Source: Candidatus Omnitrophota bacterium (lineage in GTDB: Bacteria > Omnitrophota > Gorgyraeia > JAZDFF01). From it: a DNA stretch of 64,000 bases. Positions within the stretch are counted from its first letter, which is position 1. The number at the start of each line of letters is the position of its first letter. Shown piece by piece: positions 27,154 to 36,063 of the stretch. The position numbers and the translations under genes were made by a program. The notes under the pieces are model-generated. The model had not been told where the DNA came from, made no database searches, and saw only the letters and a program-made list of their open reading frames with translations. The stretch spans positions 101,073 to 165,072 of the forward strand of contig JAZDFF010000031.1 in NCBI GenBank assembly GCA_043808095.1, given 5' to 3'.

Positions 27154-28218
27154 CTAGTCTATTTTAATTACTGAATCAAGCTCACCAAAAGGATTCTTTA
27201 TTTTCTTCGGGTTCTTGGGATCCTCAAGCCAGGTTCCGTCTACGACAAAACGGTAACGATACTCGCCGGGTTTTAAGGCAATATCCTTTTTCCACATGCC
27301 GTCTTTTCTATCAAGGAGACTCGAATTGTCTCTTGCCCAATTGTTGAACTCACCGGCTAGATAAACCGCCTTTGCATCAGGGGCAGTTAAAGCAAATGTT
27401 GCCTTAATAAATTTCTTCATCTCGGGTTTAATTGCTTCATGGATTGTTCTAGAAGACGCTGTTTCCTTTGATATTATTTCGCGGGCCAGGCTGAAATAAT
27501 CCTTGCTACCCCGGCTATATTTATCAAAATCAATGACGGAGCGTCCCTGTGACTGGCATTCTCTCAATTTTACATTGATATGTATCATGGTGCTAAAAAG
27601 CTTATCTTTAAAATTTCGTTTAACCGTATCAAGGATCCTGAAAGAATGTCTAAGGCGGGAGTCAAACATGGTAACCAGTACGCGCAAATCGACTGAGTGG
27701 TTAAGCCTTTCTTTAATTAAATTGATTATCTCAATCAGCCTACTTAGTCCTTCAACAGAAAAATAGCTTGCCTCAACCGGGATAAAAATCTCTTTGGATG
27801 CCCTTATCGCATTTACGGTTAATAGGCCCAGGTTAGGCGGGCAGTCAATAATGATATAATCGTAGGTGGTAGGTAAGGTTAAAAGCGCGTCCCAAAGACG
27901 AGATTCCCGGCTAATCTGGTCAGCAAGCTCCTGTTCAATAGTGCCCAATAGGATATTTGACGGTATCAAATCCAGGTTTTTATCAAGTTTTAATATTGCA
28001 TCTTCAATTTTCATTTTTTTGTTGCTTAAACTGGAAAGGACATCATAAAGGCTTTTATCGGAATTGACATTAAGCCCGATTGTTGCGTGGGCCTGAGGGT
28101 CAAAATCTATTAGAAGGGTCTTTTTGTCATTTGCCGCTAATGCAGCAGATAAATTTATAGCTGTTGTGGTTTTACCGCAACCACCCTTTTGATTGGCTAT
28201 TGCTATAACACGCATCAT
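27154..28218 (-). CDS. ParA-family ATPase fused to AMPK-beta-type glycogen-binding (CBM48-like) domain
   Basis: NQKGGCGKTT, DFDPQ, IDCPP; C-terminal VYLAGEFNNW..GEYRYRFVVDG.W..DP.NP. Confidence 0.88.
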   Translation of the reverse strand: MMRVIAIANQKGGCGKTTTAINLSAALAANDKKTLLIDFDPQAHATIGLNVNSDKSLYDVLSSLSNKKMKIEDAILKLDKNLDLIPSNILLGTIEQELADQISRESRLWDALLTLPTTYDYIIIDCPPNLGLLTVNAIRASKEIFIPVEASYFSVEGLSRLIEIINLIKERLNHSVDLRVLVTMFDSRLRHSFRILDTVKRNFKDKLFSTMIHINVKLRECQSQGRSVIDFDKYSRGSKDYFSLAREIISKETASSRTIHEAIKPEMKKFIKATFALTAPDAKAVYLAGEFNNWARDNSSLLDRKDGMWKKDIALKPGEYRYRFVVDGTWLEDPKNPKKIKNPFGELDSVIKID

Positions 28219-28229
28219 TACACCTCCAA

Positions 28230-28829
28230 TTATTTTGATTTACTGAAAAATCTTAGATTATCCAGTAATAAAACCCCTTCTTCGCTATCCGGATTATTCC
28301 ATGACTCTAAAACAAAAGAGACTCGCTTCAATTGAGTCTTATCAGTCAGGTCTTTAAATTCATCCAAAGGAATTTGATAGTGCTGCCAGTGATTATTTAA
28401 GCCTCTTATATAAAAAAATCCGCTTTCGTTTCTTGAATTTTCTAATGCAATTTTTAAGGTACTGGCCACGCTGCCGCTTTTTGCATCGCACTTTAAAAAT
28501 AATTCCAGCATGTTGTAATTAGAGATATCATTCTGCGGTAATTCTAATTCAAATTCGTTTTTGTCATAAAATGGGGAATTAAAGTTATAATTGATTTTAG
28601 CGGGCATTATATTTGAGGCAATAGAAATGCTGGTCTTCAGCGAATCAACGTTTTTAGTCCCAAATATAGTAACCTTTGTCAGGGCAGCCGCCAGTATTAT
28701 CAAAGAGCAGATTAAAATGACGACTAAAATAATCGCCTTTTTAGGAAAAAATTTATTCGTCTTTGCCTTTGGCCTATCATTACTAAAATAAACCTGGGCC
28801 AACCGGTTTTGCACATAATCTTTTTTCAT
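28230..28829 (-). CDS. Membrane-anchored carbohydrate-binding (CBM11/CIA30-like) protein
   Basis: TM helix; WQHYQIPLDEF..GVLLLDNLRF. Confidence 0.65.
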   Translation of the reverse strand: MKKDYVQNRLAQVYFSNDRPKAKTNKFFPKKAIILVVILICSLIILAAALTKVTIFGTKNVDSLKTSISIASNIMPAKINYNFNSPFYDKNEFELELPQNDISNYNMLELFLKCDAKSGSVASTLKIALENSRNESGFFYIRGLNNHWQHYQIPLDEFKDLTDKTQLKRVSFVLESWNNPDSEEGVLLLDNLRFFSKSK

Positions 28830-28875
28830 TTTATATCATAAATGTTGGGGAGTGTCAATAATATTAAAATTTTTT

Positions 28876-29189
28876 ACACCGCAAAGGCGCAAAGAAAAAT
28901 TTTACCCTTTCCCGCTCAATAATCTTTTATCTATCGGGATCCCGCTCTGCGGGAAAAGGCGTATATCAGAACATCAGGAGATCAGTAAGCAGGATATCAG
29001 AATGCCGGGAGAGTTTTGGCTTAAACCTGATACCCTGTTCTTCTGATATTCTACCCACTGATTCCCTGATATGCCGATAACCGTTTTTAGAGAGTTTTAT
29101 ATTTTGCGATTTTGCGGAACTTTTGCGATTTTCCCGCTCAGCTATTTAGAAGTTCGGGCGGGATCCCGCTTATTAGCGGGAAGCGGTGT
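28876..29189. repeat. Nested composite: CGCAAAG arms, ATCAG/CTGAT arms, CGGGATCCCG palindromes
   Basis: Inward-facing complementary arms; 29132-29189 matches 48689-48747 and, inverted, 57124-57152. Confidence 0.8.
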
Positions 29190-29191
29190 AG

Positions 29192-30751
29192 TTATGAAGG
29201 CCGCTTAATCGGTTTATTCAGATAATCAGGAACCGGCCTCTCTATTAATTTATAAAAATTTGACAAGTGCCTGCGAAATAAAGAATCAAAACTCGGAACA
29301 TCGTCGCCATACCACCAGAACCAGTCGCTGCCCTCGGCAACATAAATCTGTTTCCAGGCTAATTCCATGGACTGTGGACTGTGGACTGTGGACTGAGATA
29401 ACTCTTCCCTCGCCTTGGCCAGGTATTCCCAGGCCAGATTTTTTTCATAGTTACCTATCCATTTGGTAAAATCGGCATTTATCCAGCTCCCGGCAGAGAT
29501 CTTGTTAAGTTTCGGCTCATGGGGGTGCATATTAAGGTATTCGCTTACGGTCACCGTTTTTAATTCGGGGTTTTCGCTTATACGCTTATAAATACCGCTA
29601 AGAAAATCCCAGCCGTCATTAGGATAATATTCCCAGGCATTTTCTCCATCTAAGGCTATGGTTATCAGGCCGTCCTGGCCTTCTAAAAGAAGCATGGCGT
29701 CATCCAATGATTTCATAAAATCATTAATGGCCTCTTCTGTCTTATAGCGGTGATAGACAAATCCAATTTTATTAGAGATGTTACTATCTCTAAAAAGGAT
29801 GTTGAGATGTCCGCTGTCGGCTTCTATGCTGTAGGGCCTATAAAGGATTGATTTTTGAGGCTTAGTCTTTCTTAGAGATTTAAAAAGGATTGCCTCATCC
29901 GTAACTACCCAGTTTATTTTGGCCTCGGCGATAAAAGGCAGGATATGGCTGTTAATTGCCTGTTCTGAAGGCCACATGCCACTACAGGCGCGGTTAAAAA
30001 CCTCTTGGTATAACTTAAGCGCCGCATCGATATGATATTTAATATCTTCAGGGTGGCGGAATAACACCTTGGGAATGACGGTCTTGGGGTTAGCCTCAAT
30101 AGCGGATTTATTATTATATAATAAAGGCAATATCGGATGGTAATACGGAGTTATGGATACTTCAATTTGCCCGGCATCCTGGAATTTCCTATAGGCGGGT
30201 AAAACCTGGCCGATGATTTCGATTTGTTTTTTTAGGACTATATTTTTTTCTTCTTCGCTAAAGAACCTGCCTTTTCTTACGATGGCCGTCAATTGCGTAG
30301 ATTCTTTTCTAAAAAGGGAGTCTATCCAGGCCAGGTTAAACCAGACCTGCAGGTCCAGGAAATCCTGCGGATTAAATTCAAGGTTAGCCTGTTTTTTTAG
30401 ATATAATTCACAGTAGCGAGGGTGTATGGATATTATTCTTTCAGGGTCAGCGCTAAAAAAATTTTCCAGGATGAATTTCTTTTCATCCGTGGAAAGCTCC
30501 CTTGAATTTTTTAGGGAGAGTTCGTAAAACCTCTCTTTAAAATCGCCTTTTGCATAATCCTGGATCTGTTCAATTAATGAGGGAACTAGATTAAAGGTCT
30601 GATGTATTTTAGGAAAACCTTCAAGGATGCGCACCATATCCAGATAGTCTTTTACGGCGTGCAACCTTACCCAGGGAAGGTGAAATTCCCCCGTGAGGAG
30701 GTCTTTATAATAAGGCTGGTGCATGTGCCAGATGAAGGCGACGTATAACAT
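29192..30751 (-). CDS. Glycoside hydrolase family 57 (amylopullulanase-like)
   Basis: WHMHQPYY, YHPILPL, GMWPSE, LDGENAWE, AEGSDWFWW. Confidence 0.92.
   Translation of the reverse strand: MLYVAFIWHMHQPYYKDLLTGEFHLPWVRLHAVKDYLDMVRILEGFPKIHQTFNLVPSLIEQIQDYAKGDFKERFYELSLKNSRELSTDEKKFILENFFSADPERIISIHPRYCELYLKKQANLEFNPQDFLDLQVWFNLAWIDSLFRKESTQLTAIVRKGRFFSEEEKNIVLKKQIEIIGQVLPAYRKFQDAGQIEVSITPYYHPILPLLYNNKSAIEANPKTVIPKVLFRHPEDIKYHIDAALKLYQEVFNRACSGMWPSEQAINSHILPFIAEAKINWVVTDEAILFKSLRKTKPQKSILYRPYSIEADSGHLNILFRDSNISNKIGFVYHRYKTEEAINDFMKSLDDAMLLLEGQDGLITIALDGENAWEYYPNDGWDFLSGIYKRISENPELKTVTVSEYLNMHPHEPKLNKISAGSWINADFTKWIGNYEKNLAWEYLAKAREELSQSTVHSPQSMELAWKQIYVAEGSDWFWWYGDDVPSFDSLFRRHLSNFYKLIERPVPDYLNKPIKRPS
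29368..29395. repeat. (TGGACTG)x4 heptamer inside GH57 CDS
   Basis: Read directly; encodes QSTVHSPQS. Confidence 0.95.
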
Positions 30752-30760
30752 AATTTAAAT

Positions 30761-31239
30761 CCCAATAATTACCAATAACTACCAAATTCCAATGAAATCC
30801 CAATTTCCAATTTATAGACCATTATTTGGTTTTCTTGGTATTTTCGATAATCGAACTCAAAATGTTTTTAATCTCATTTGCTTCTTGGATATCTCTAGCA
30901 ATTTTTTCTTTATCAATGTATTTTCCAGAAATAAGCCTCAACCAATATCTACTCTCTTTTGCCTCTCTTCTGGCTATGCCCATCTTGTTTATAAAATCCT
31001 TCTTGCTTAAAGCGCCGTCTGCTTCTTCAACATTTGCGCCTACCGAAGTCCCTGCCTCAGTAAGTTGTTTACGAATTACATCGCATTCAACTGCCCGAGG
31101 TAACATAGCCACTATTTCTAAAACCCTTTGTGCAAATTTAAAAGTCCTGTCTTTTATATCATATTCTTTGGCCATTATTGGTATTTATTGGAGATCGGAC
31201 ATTCATTGGTATTATTGGTATTTATTGGACATTGAAATT
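30761..31239. mobile_element. Four-helix-bundle gene cassette bounded by inverted CCAAT/ATTGG low-complexity arms
   Basis: Arms at 30761-30813 and 31176-31239 are complementary in character. Confidence 0.7.
30822..31175 (-). CDS. Four helix bundle protein (23S IVS / Avd-like family)
   Basis: RTFKFA..QL..AGTSVGANVEEA..SKKDF..K..IA.REAKES.YWL. Confidence 0.9.
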   Translation of the reverse strand: MAKEYDIKDRTFKFAQRVLEIVAMLPRAVECDVIRKQLTEAGTSVGANVEEADGALSKKDFINKMGIARREAKESRYWLRLISGKYIDKEKIARDIQEANEIKNILSSIIENTKKTK

Positions 31240-31249
31240 CATATGTAAC

Positions 31250-31285
31250 AAAAAACCCCCGAGAGTGTTAGCCCCCGGGGGTTTT
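31250..31285 (-). terminator. Intrinsic terminator after the outer-membrane protein gene
   Basis: AAAACCCCCG..CGGGGGTTTT hairpin with A/T run. Confidence 0.75.
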
Positions 31286-31303
31286 AAGCTTACATAAGCT
31301 GTC

Positions 31304-32698
31304 TTAGAAAGTTACCTTCATTGAGCCGATGAGTTGTGAGGCAACGGTCTTATTCGCTACCGTCTTATCAAAGGCAGAGCCGCAGAAGAACATACCGCCG
31401 CTGAGGCCTAATTGCACGTCTTCGGTGTAATCATAAACAACTCCAAGGTCAACTTCATCGCCAAGATGTTTTTTACCTCTCATGGTATACGCCTTTGTGC
31501 CGGCAGCACCACTTAACGTAACCGAGCCAGGTAAATATGCTTTATCTAACATCAGACTGTAGTAGTCTAAGATAACCTTTACATCCTGCATCGGTTTCAT
31601 ACTGGCAGATACATTGGTAAAATTGGCATTGGAGTAACCTAAGATGGCATTGAATATGGTTCCACCAGCCTGATCCTCACACACTCCATCCCAGCCCGTA
31701 TAATTATCAGAGATCGAACCATCTTTTTGTCCTGATAAATGGGTGAATGATGCAGTAAAAGAAGGATCATATTTTACGTTCTCAGGTGTATACATAGCGA
31801 TTGCCTGAAGTGCCCAGGCATTTCTTTTGTATTTTGCATCAACAGTTAATTCCTGGTCATTGATATATAAAGTATCATTATCAATAAGCACGCCGCTCTG
31901 ATGAGCGCCTTCTAATTGCAGGACCAGATTTTTAATCCCGGCATAGACACCTCTAGCACCGATTGTTCTCGTGATATCGTCTGTACTACTGTTATTAAGG
32001 GTGCCGCCATCCGGTTGCCTATTTCTCTGAAAATAATAAACCTCAGTGTTTAAGGTATCATTGACTTTATAGGCAGCATTCACGCCGTAAAGTTCAACAT
32101 CATCATGAATGAGGATGGTATTTGTGGTTGAGACACCGGCATCTAACTTAGCATAGAAAAGATCAATGGTGAGGGGATTATAATCTAAGATGGCTTTTAA
32201 CGCATCAAAGCTCTTACGTTTGCTGAAATCCTCTAAACCCGGATTAGTCCCTGACATCGCATCCAGCTGTGATCTTGCAGAGCATTGACCATTGGTTGCT
32301 GGTGCGCCTATAAGAAAACCATTGCCATACCTTAATTCCTGGCGTCCTATAACCACAGTCAGAGGTGAATAAAGCATCTCTTTCAAAGTTACATAAGCCA
32401 AATCTACATCAACTCCGGTTTGGCTACCGGTATCAACTTCAGCACCCCATTCTCTTTCATTCAATAACCTTACAGTGGTAGAGACATTATCAGTTAAGTC
32501 TGCATCGACTCTCACGCGGGTAAATGCAAGGGTTGCTCTTAACGATTCAGCATCTGATACGAACAAGAAGTTGTTTCTTGCCACACCTACTACCTCAATA
32601 TCTCCGCCTACCTTTACATTCTGGACTGCTGCGAATGCAGGAATAGCCAAACCTACGGCTACTACTACAGCCAAGAATATCATTAAGCGTCTACTCAT
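31304..32698 (-). CDS. Outer-membrane beta-barrel (alginate export-like)
   Basis: Signal peptide, GRQELRYG, terminal Phe. Confidence 0.75.
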   Translation of the reverse strand: MSRRLMIFLAVVVAVGLAIPAFAAVQNVKVGGDIEVVGVARNNFLFVSDAESLRATLAFTRVRVDADLTDNVSTTVRLLNEREWGAEVDTGSQTGVDVDLAYVTLKEMLYSPLTVVIGRQELRYGNGFLIGAPATNGQCSARSQLDAMSGTNPGLEDFSKRKSFDALKAILDYNPLTIDLFYAKLDAGVSTTNTILIHDDVELYGVNAAYKVNDTLNTEVYYFQRNRQPDGGTLNNSSTDDITRTIGARGVYAGIKNLVLQLEGAHQSGVLIDNDTLYINDQELTVDAKYKRNAWALQAIAMYTPENVKYDPSFTASFTHLSGQKDGSISDNYTGWDGVCEDQAGGTIFNAILGYSNANFTNVSASMKPMQDVKVILDYYSLMLDKAYLPGSVTLSGAAGTKAYTMRGKKHLGDEVDLGVVYDYTEDVQLGLSGGMFFCGSAFDKTVANKTVASQLIGSMKVTF

Positions 32699-32911
32699 TT
32701 TGTCTACCTCCTTGGTTAATTTATTTTATTATAATTAACTAGGGCCTTATTTTTTACCTAGGGATTCTAGATTATCGCCAATTACTAATAACCTCCGGCA
32801 ATTTTTATTTCCTCAGCCTCCTTTTCTGCCGTAAATTGAAGTTATCGTTGGCGTTATAATCATTTGTACTAAGTTATCATAGACACGGGTTTTTGTCAAG
32901 AAAAATTTTAA

Positions 32912-33047
32912 ATAAACGCGAATGGTCGCGAATCTTCCGCCACAATCCTTTGGCGGACCCGCCAATTTTTGTGGCGGGAACGCGAATTCTCGCTAATCCC
33001 CGCCTTCGCTAAAGCTTCGGCGGGCAGGCGCAAAGACGCAAAAAAAA
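32912..33047. repeat. CGCGAAT/CGCAAAG arms with nested CCGCCA..TGGCGG and CCCGCCTTCGCTAAAGCTTCGGCGGG hairpins
   Basis: Inner units recur at 33828, 48340, 48493 and 60512. Confidence 0.8.
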
Positions 33048-33095
33048 ATCCAAAAAATCAAAAATATTTTGGAACCGTCAGCTGGATTAGTGAAA

Positions 33096-33743
33096 TTAGA
33101 CTATTCTAGAAAGCAAGGCCTGGGCGTTTTTAATAAGGGCCTCGGATTGTTTTTTATCAAGGCCTGCGCCTTGAGCGATTAATATCATATCTCTAGGTGA
33201 GAGTATGTCTTCTGGGCTGTGACTATCAGTATTAATGATTAGCTTAGCTTTAAACCTTTTGGCAAGCGTTGCTACATGGCCGTTTGTGAGGCAGTGGCCT
33301 CTGCGGCAGCTGATTTCCAGGTAGATATTTTTCTTGGCCGCAAGTTCTACATCACTGGCTTTTATTAGGCCCGGATGGGCTAAGATGTCTACGCCGGCTA
33401 AAAGCGCGGCGCGATTAGTCCCGGGTATTACCGGCTCAACTAAGGTCTCTCCATGGCCGATGATTAATTTTATGCCCTGGGCTCGGGCATATCTTACCAA
33501 TGGTTTAAACTGAACAAGAGGCAAGTGGGTTAATTCGATTCCCGGGATTATTTTTATCTTTGAAGCCTTGGGAAAGGTGCGGGTAAATTCTAATATTGAG
33601 CTAATTACTGTCTTAATATTTGAGGCATCCGTATGGTCAGTAATGGCAATAGCCCGAAAACCTTTCACCTCGTAATGCCTGGCTAGTTCTGAAGGAAGTA
33701 ACGCGCCGTCACTTAATAAGGAATGCGTATGCAGGTCGAACAT
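33096..33743 (-). CDS. PHP domain protein (histidinol-phosphatase-like)
   Basis: DLHTHS..SDG, ITDH, LAHPG, NTDSH. Confidence 0.85.
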   Translation of the reverse strand: MFDLHTHSLLSDGALLPSELARHYEVKGFRAIAITDHTDASNIKTVISSILEFTRTFPKASKIKIIPGIELTHLPLVQFKPLVRYARAQGIKLIIGHGETLVEPVIPGTNRAALLAGVDILAHPGLIKASDVELAAKKNIYLEISCRRGHCLTNGHVATLAKRFKAKLIINTDSHSPEDILSPRDMILIAQGAGLDKKQSEALIKNAQALLSRIV

Positions 33744-33754
33744 TTAATGAGCAC

Positions 33755-33937
33755 TTGACTTAGGAAACGCGAAGCGTGACATAAGTCAATCTCCTATGAA
33801 TAACTACTATGATTGTGCGAATTAAACCCGCCATTAATTAGTGGCGGGTAAATTCGGACAGATAACTTAGCTTCACTATCGTTCGCTAAGTTATGTCCTC
33901 ATTTATTTTCTCTTAGCTCTTAAGTCTTAGTTCTGAA
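33755..33937. repeat. Tandem hairpin cluster downstream of tRNA-Arg
   Basis: TTGACTTA..TAAGTCAA, CCCGCCA..TGGCGGG, ATAACTTAGC..GCTAAGTTAT, degenerate TCTTAGN heptamers. Confidence 0.7.
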
Positions 33938-33941
33938 TTTA

Positions 33942-34014
33942 TGCCCCTGGCAGGAATCGAACCTGCCCAAGCGGTTTAGGAAACCGCTGCTCTATCCTAA
34001 TGAGCTACAGGGGC
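33942..34014 (-). tRNA. tRNA-Arg(CCT)
   Basis: GCCCCTG acceptor, GCGGT-TTCCTAA-ACCGC, GGTTCGATTCC. Confidence 0.95.
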
Positions 34015-34059
34015 GTCGTTCGCTAAAGGTTTACAAACCGTATCAAAAACACCAAGGTC

Positions 34060-34195
34060 TAGATGTTCGTTAATGGTTGTCGATGCTGGTATCGAAGCTA
34101 GATGTTTGAAGCTGGATGAAAGATTAAACAAATTTCGAGCTTCCAAAACGAGCATCGATACAAGCATCCATACCGTTAGACGAGTTTCGAAACCA
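34060..34195. repeat. TCGA-rich inverted-arm element
   Basis: GATGCTGGTATCGAAGC and TCGATACAAGCATCCATA shared with 49833-49951. Confidence 0.75.
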
Positions 34196-34236
34196 AATAA
34201 AGCGTTAACTTGACTTTTGAATAATACAGTTACAAC

Positions 34237-34752
34237 CTAATACTTAATCAACGAATAAGCCGGATAACCTTTTAGTTTCCTGCGGCCGCCTAAATCGGTC
34301 AGCTCAATTAAAAATACGATACCTGCGACTTTAGCTTTAAGTTTCTCGACCAGCCTAACTGTAGCATCAACTGTGCCGCCCGTAGCCAGTAAATCATCCA
34401 CAATCAGAACCCTGGCACCTTTTTTTACGGCATCCTTATGAATTTCCAGGGTATCTTTTCCGTATTCCAGTCCGTAAGTAGCGCTATAAGTCTTAGCGGG
34501 AAGTTTCCCTTTTTTTCTTACCGGAACAAAACCCGCGCCGAGTTTATAAGCGACAGCCGCACCTAAAATAAAACCCCGCGCCTCTACTGCCACCACCGTA
34601 TCAATCTGTTTTCCCACAAATTTTTGGGCCAGGAGGTCTACTGCCAATTCAAAGCCGTCTTTGTCCTTAAGCAGGGTGGTTATGTCGCGAAAAAGAATAC
34701 CTTTTATGGGAAAATCAGGGATACTGCGGATGTAGCTCTTTAAGTCCATCAT
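34237..34752 (-). CDS. apt: Adenine phosphoribosyltransferase
   Basis: [24 protein letters not shown]. Confidence 0.96.
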   Translation of the reverse strand: MMDLKSYIRSIPDFPIKGILFRDITTLLKDKDGFELAVDLLAQKFVGKQIDTVVAVEARGFILGAAVAYKLGAGFVPVRKKGKLPAKTYSATYGLEYGKDTLEIHKDAVKKGARVLIVDDLLATGGTVDATVRLVEKLKAKVAGIVFLIELTDLGGRRKLKGYPAYSLIKY

Positions 34753-34789
34753 AATAGGCTCTCCTCATATGATTTGTTTAATGCCCGAT

Positions 34790-34900
34790 TATCCAATAAG
34801 TACCAAATCCCAATTAATTACCAAGTAACCAATTTCCAATTAAAATTGGACATTAGGATTTTGAAATTCATTGGTATTTATTGGATATTGAGAATTGGTC
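34790..34900. repeat. Empty CCAAT/ATTGG arm pair (no ORF)
   Basis: Shares CCAATTTCCAATT, ATTCATTGGTATT and TTGGTATTTATTGGA with the four-helix cassette arms. Confidence 0.85.
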
Positions 34901-34973
34901 ATTTTCATACTGTCTTTCAACTCCTATTACTTTTAAAAAGACAGTTTCTTTTGCGTTGATAGACAGGTATAAC

Positions 34974-35825
34974 TTATGTCCTCATTTGGCACGATTTGCG
35001 TTTGATTAAGCGAGTGGGCAGAATTATCTTCACCGGGGTCTTTTGTCTTTTTATGACAACTTGGTTTAAATTCTCTAAGGCAAGCCTGCCCATCTCCATC
35101 AATGGCTGGCTTACAGTGGTAAGGGGAACCGGGCTATATACGCTTAGGGGATTATCATCAAACCCGATTATGGAAAGTTGTTCGGGGACTTTTATCTTCA
35201 GGTTTTTGGCTGCCTCCAGGACTTCAAGTGCCATGACGTCGCTTGCGGCGAATATGGCCGTAGGAGGATTTTTGGATTTGAGCAGCTCCTCTGCGGCAAG
35301 CCTTGCCGGCGTCCTCAGGAATTCGCCGTTTTTAACAAGGCTATCCTCTATCTTTAAATTGTGTCTCTTTAAGGCCTCCTTGTAGCCTTCCAGTCTTTTT
35401 TTGGCGGCCTCGGTGCTCATATTTCCGCAAATTGTGGCGATCCTCTTATGGCCTAATTCTATCAGATAATCCAGCGCGGAAATTGCGCCGGATTTATTAT
35501 CAATAGATATGCAATTTATCGGGCCGGTGACAAAATTATTCATTACCAAAAACGGGATGTCTTTATTTGCAAACTTTTTTATAACCTGGATTTGCCCGTT
35601 TATATCCGCGAATATTATCCCGTCTAAATATTTGGGACGGGCCAGCAATGAGGCCACCCAGATATCCGAAGAAAGACTCTCGGTGATATGGATGGTGACA
35701 TCGGCCTTAAGGCGGCTGGCGGCAATAGTCACTCCCCGGATAACCTCGCAGGCATAAAATGAATGAAAGATATCTTCAAAACGGTGGATTATTAATCCGA
35801 AAACTTTATTTGGTCTTTCTACCAT
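34974..35825 (-). CDS. LacI-family ligand-binding domain protein (no HTH seen)
   Basis: IDNKSGA, LGHKRIA, TAIFAASD, IIGFDD, LTTVSQP. Confidence 0.8.
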   Translation of the reverse strand: MVERPNKVFGLIIHRFEDIFHSFYACEVIRGVTIAASRLKADVTIHITESLSSDIWVASLLARPKYLDGIIFADINGQIQVIKKFANKDIPFLVMNNFVTGPINCISIDNKSGAISALDYLIELGHKRIATICGNMSTEAAKKRLEGYKEALKRHNLKIEDSLVKNGEFLRTPARLAAEELLKSKNPPTAIFAASDVMALEVLEAAKNLKIKVPEQLSIIGFDDNPLSVYSPVPLTTVSQPLMEMGRLALENLNQVVIKRQKTPVKIILPTRLIKRKSCQMRT

Positions 35826-35910
35826 GCCTTCTCCTTTTAATAAGCAGACAATTTACGGAATGTTAGTGACGTAAATTGTAGCCTCTGTTATTTGCGTATC
35901 GGGCGTCTGC

Positions 35911-36044
35911 GAATTAATCCCGAAGCTTAAGTAAAAATTATCGAACCCTCTGGAATTTCACGAAGTGAAATTCCGAGGACTAAAGTCCCGGGAATTCTCT
36001 GAATTCCTCGGGGGAGAATTCTTACTTGTTTAAGCGAGGGATCT
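35911..36044. repeat. Composite palindrome with three-hairpin core
   Basis: Near-identical to 23676-23855 without one inner insert. Confidence 0.9.
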
Positions 36045-36063
36045 ACGGTTAACTCGTCCCCAT

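Noticed and set aside
28852-29046. Short ORFs over repeat regions (also 34774-34959 and 48589-48804)
   Set aside because: They coincide with low-complexity arms or hairpins, with no RBS or domain signal
30822-31175. Diversity-generating retroelement
   Set aside because: Avd-like fold only; no reverse transcriptase or TR/VR pair seen in the window
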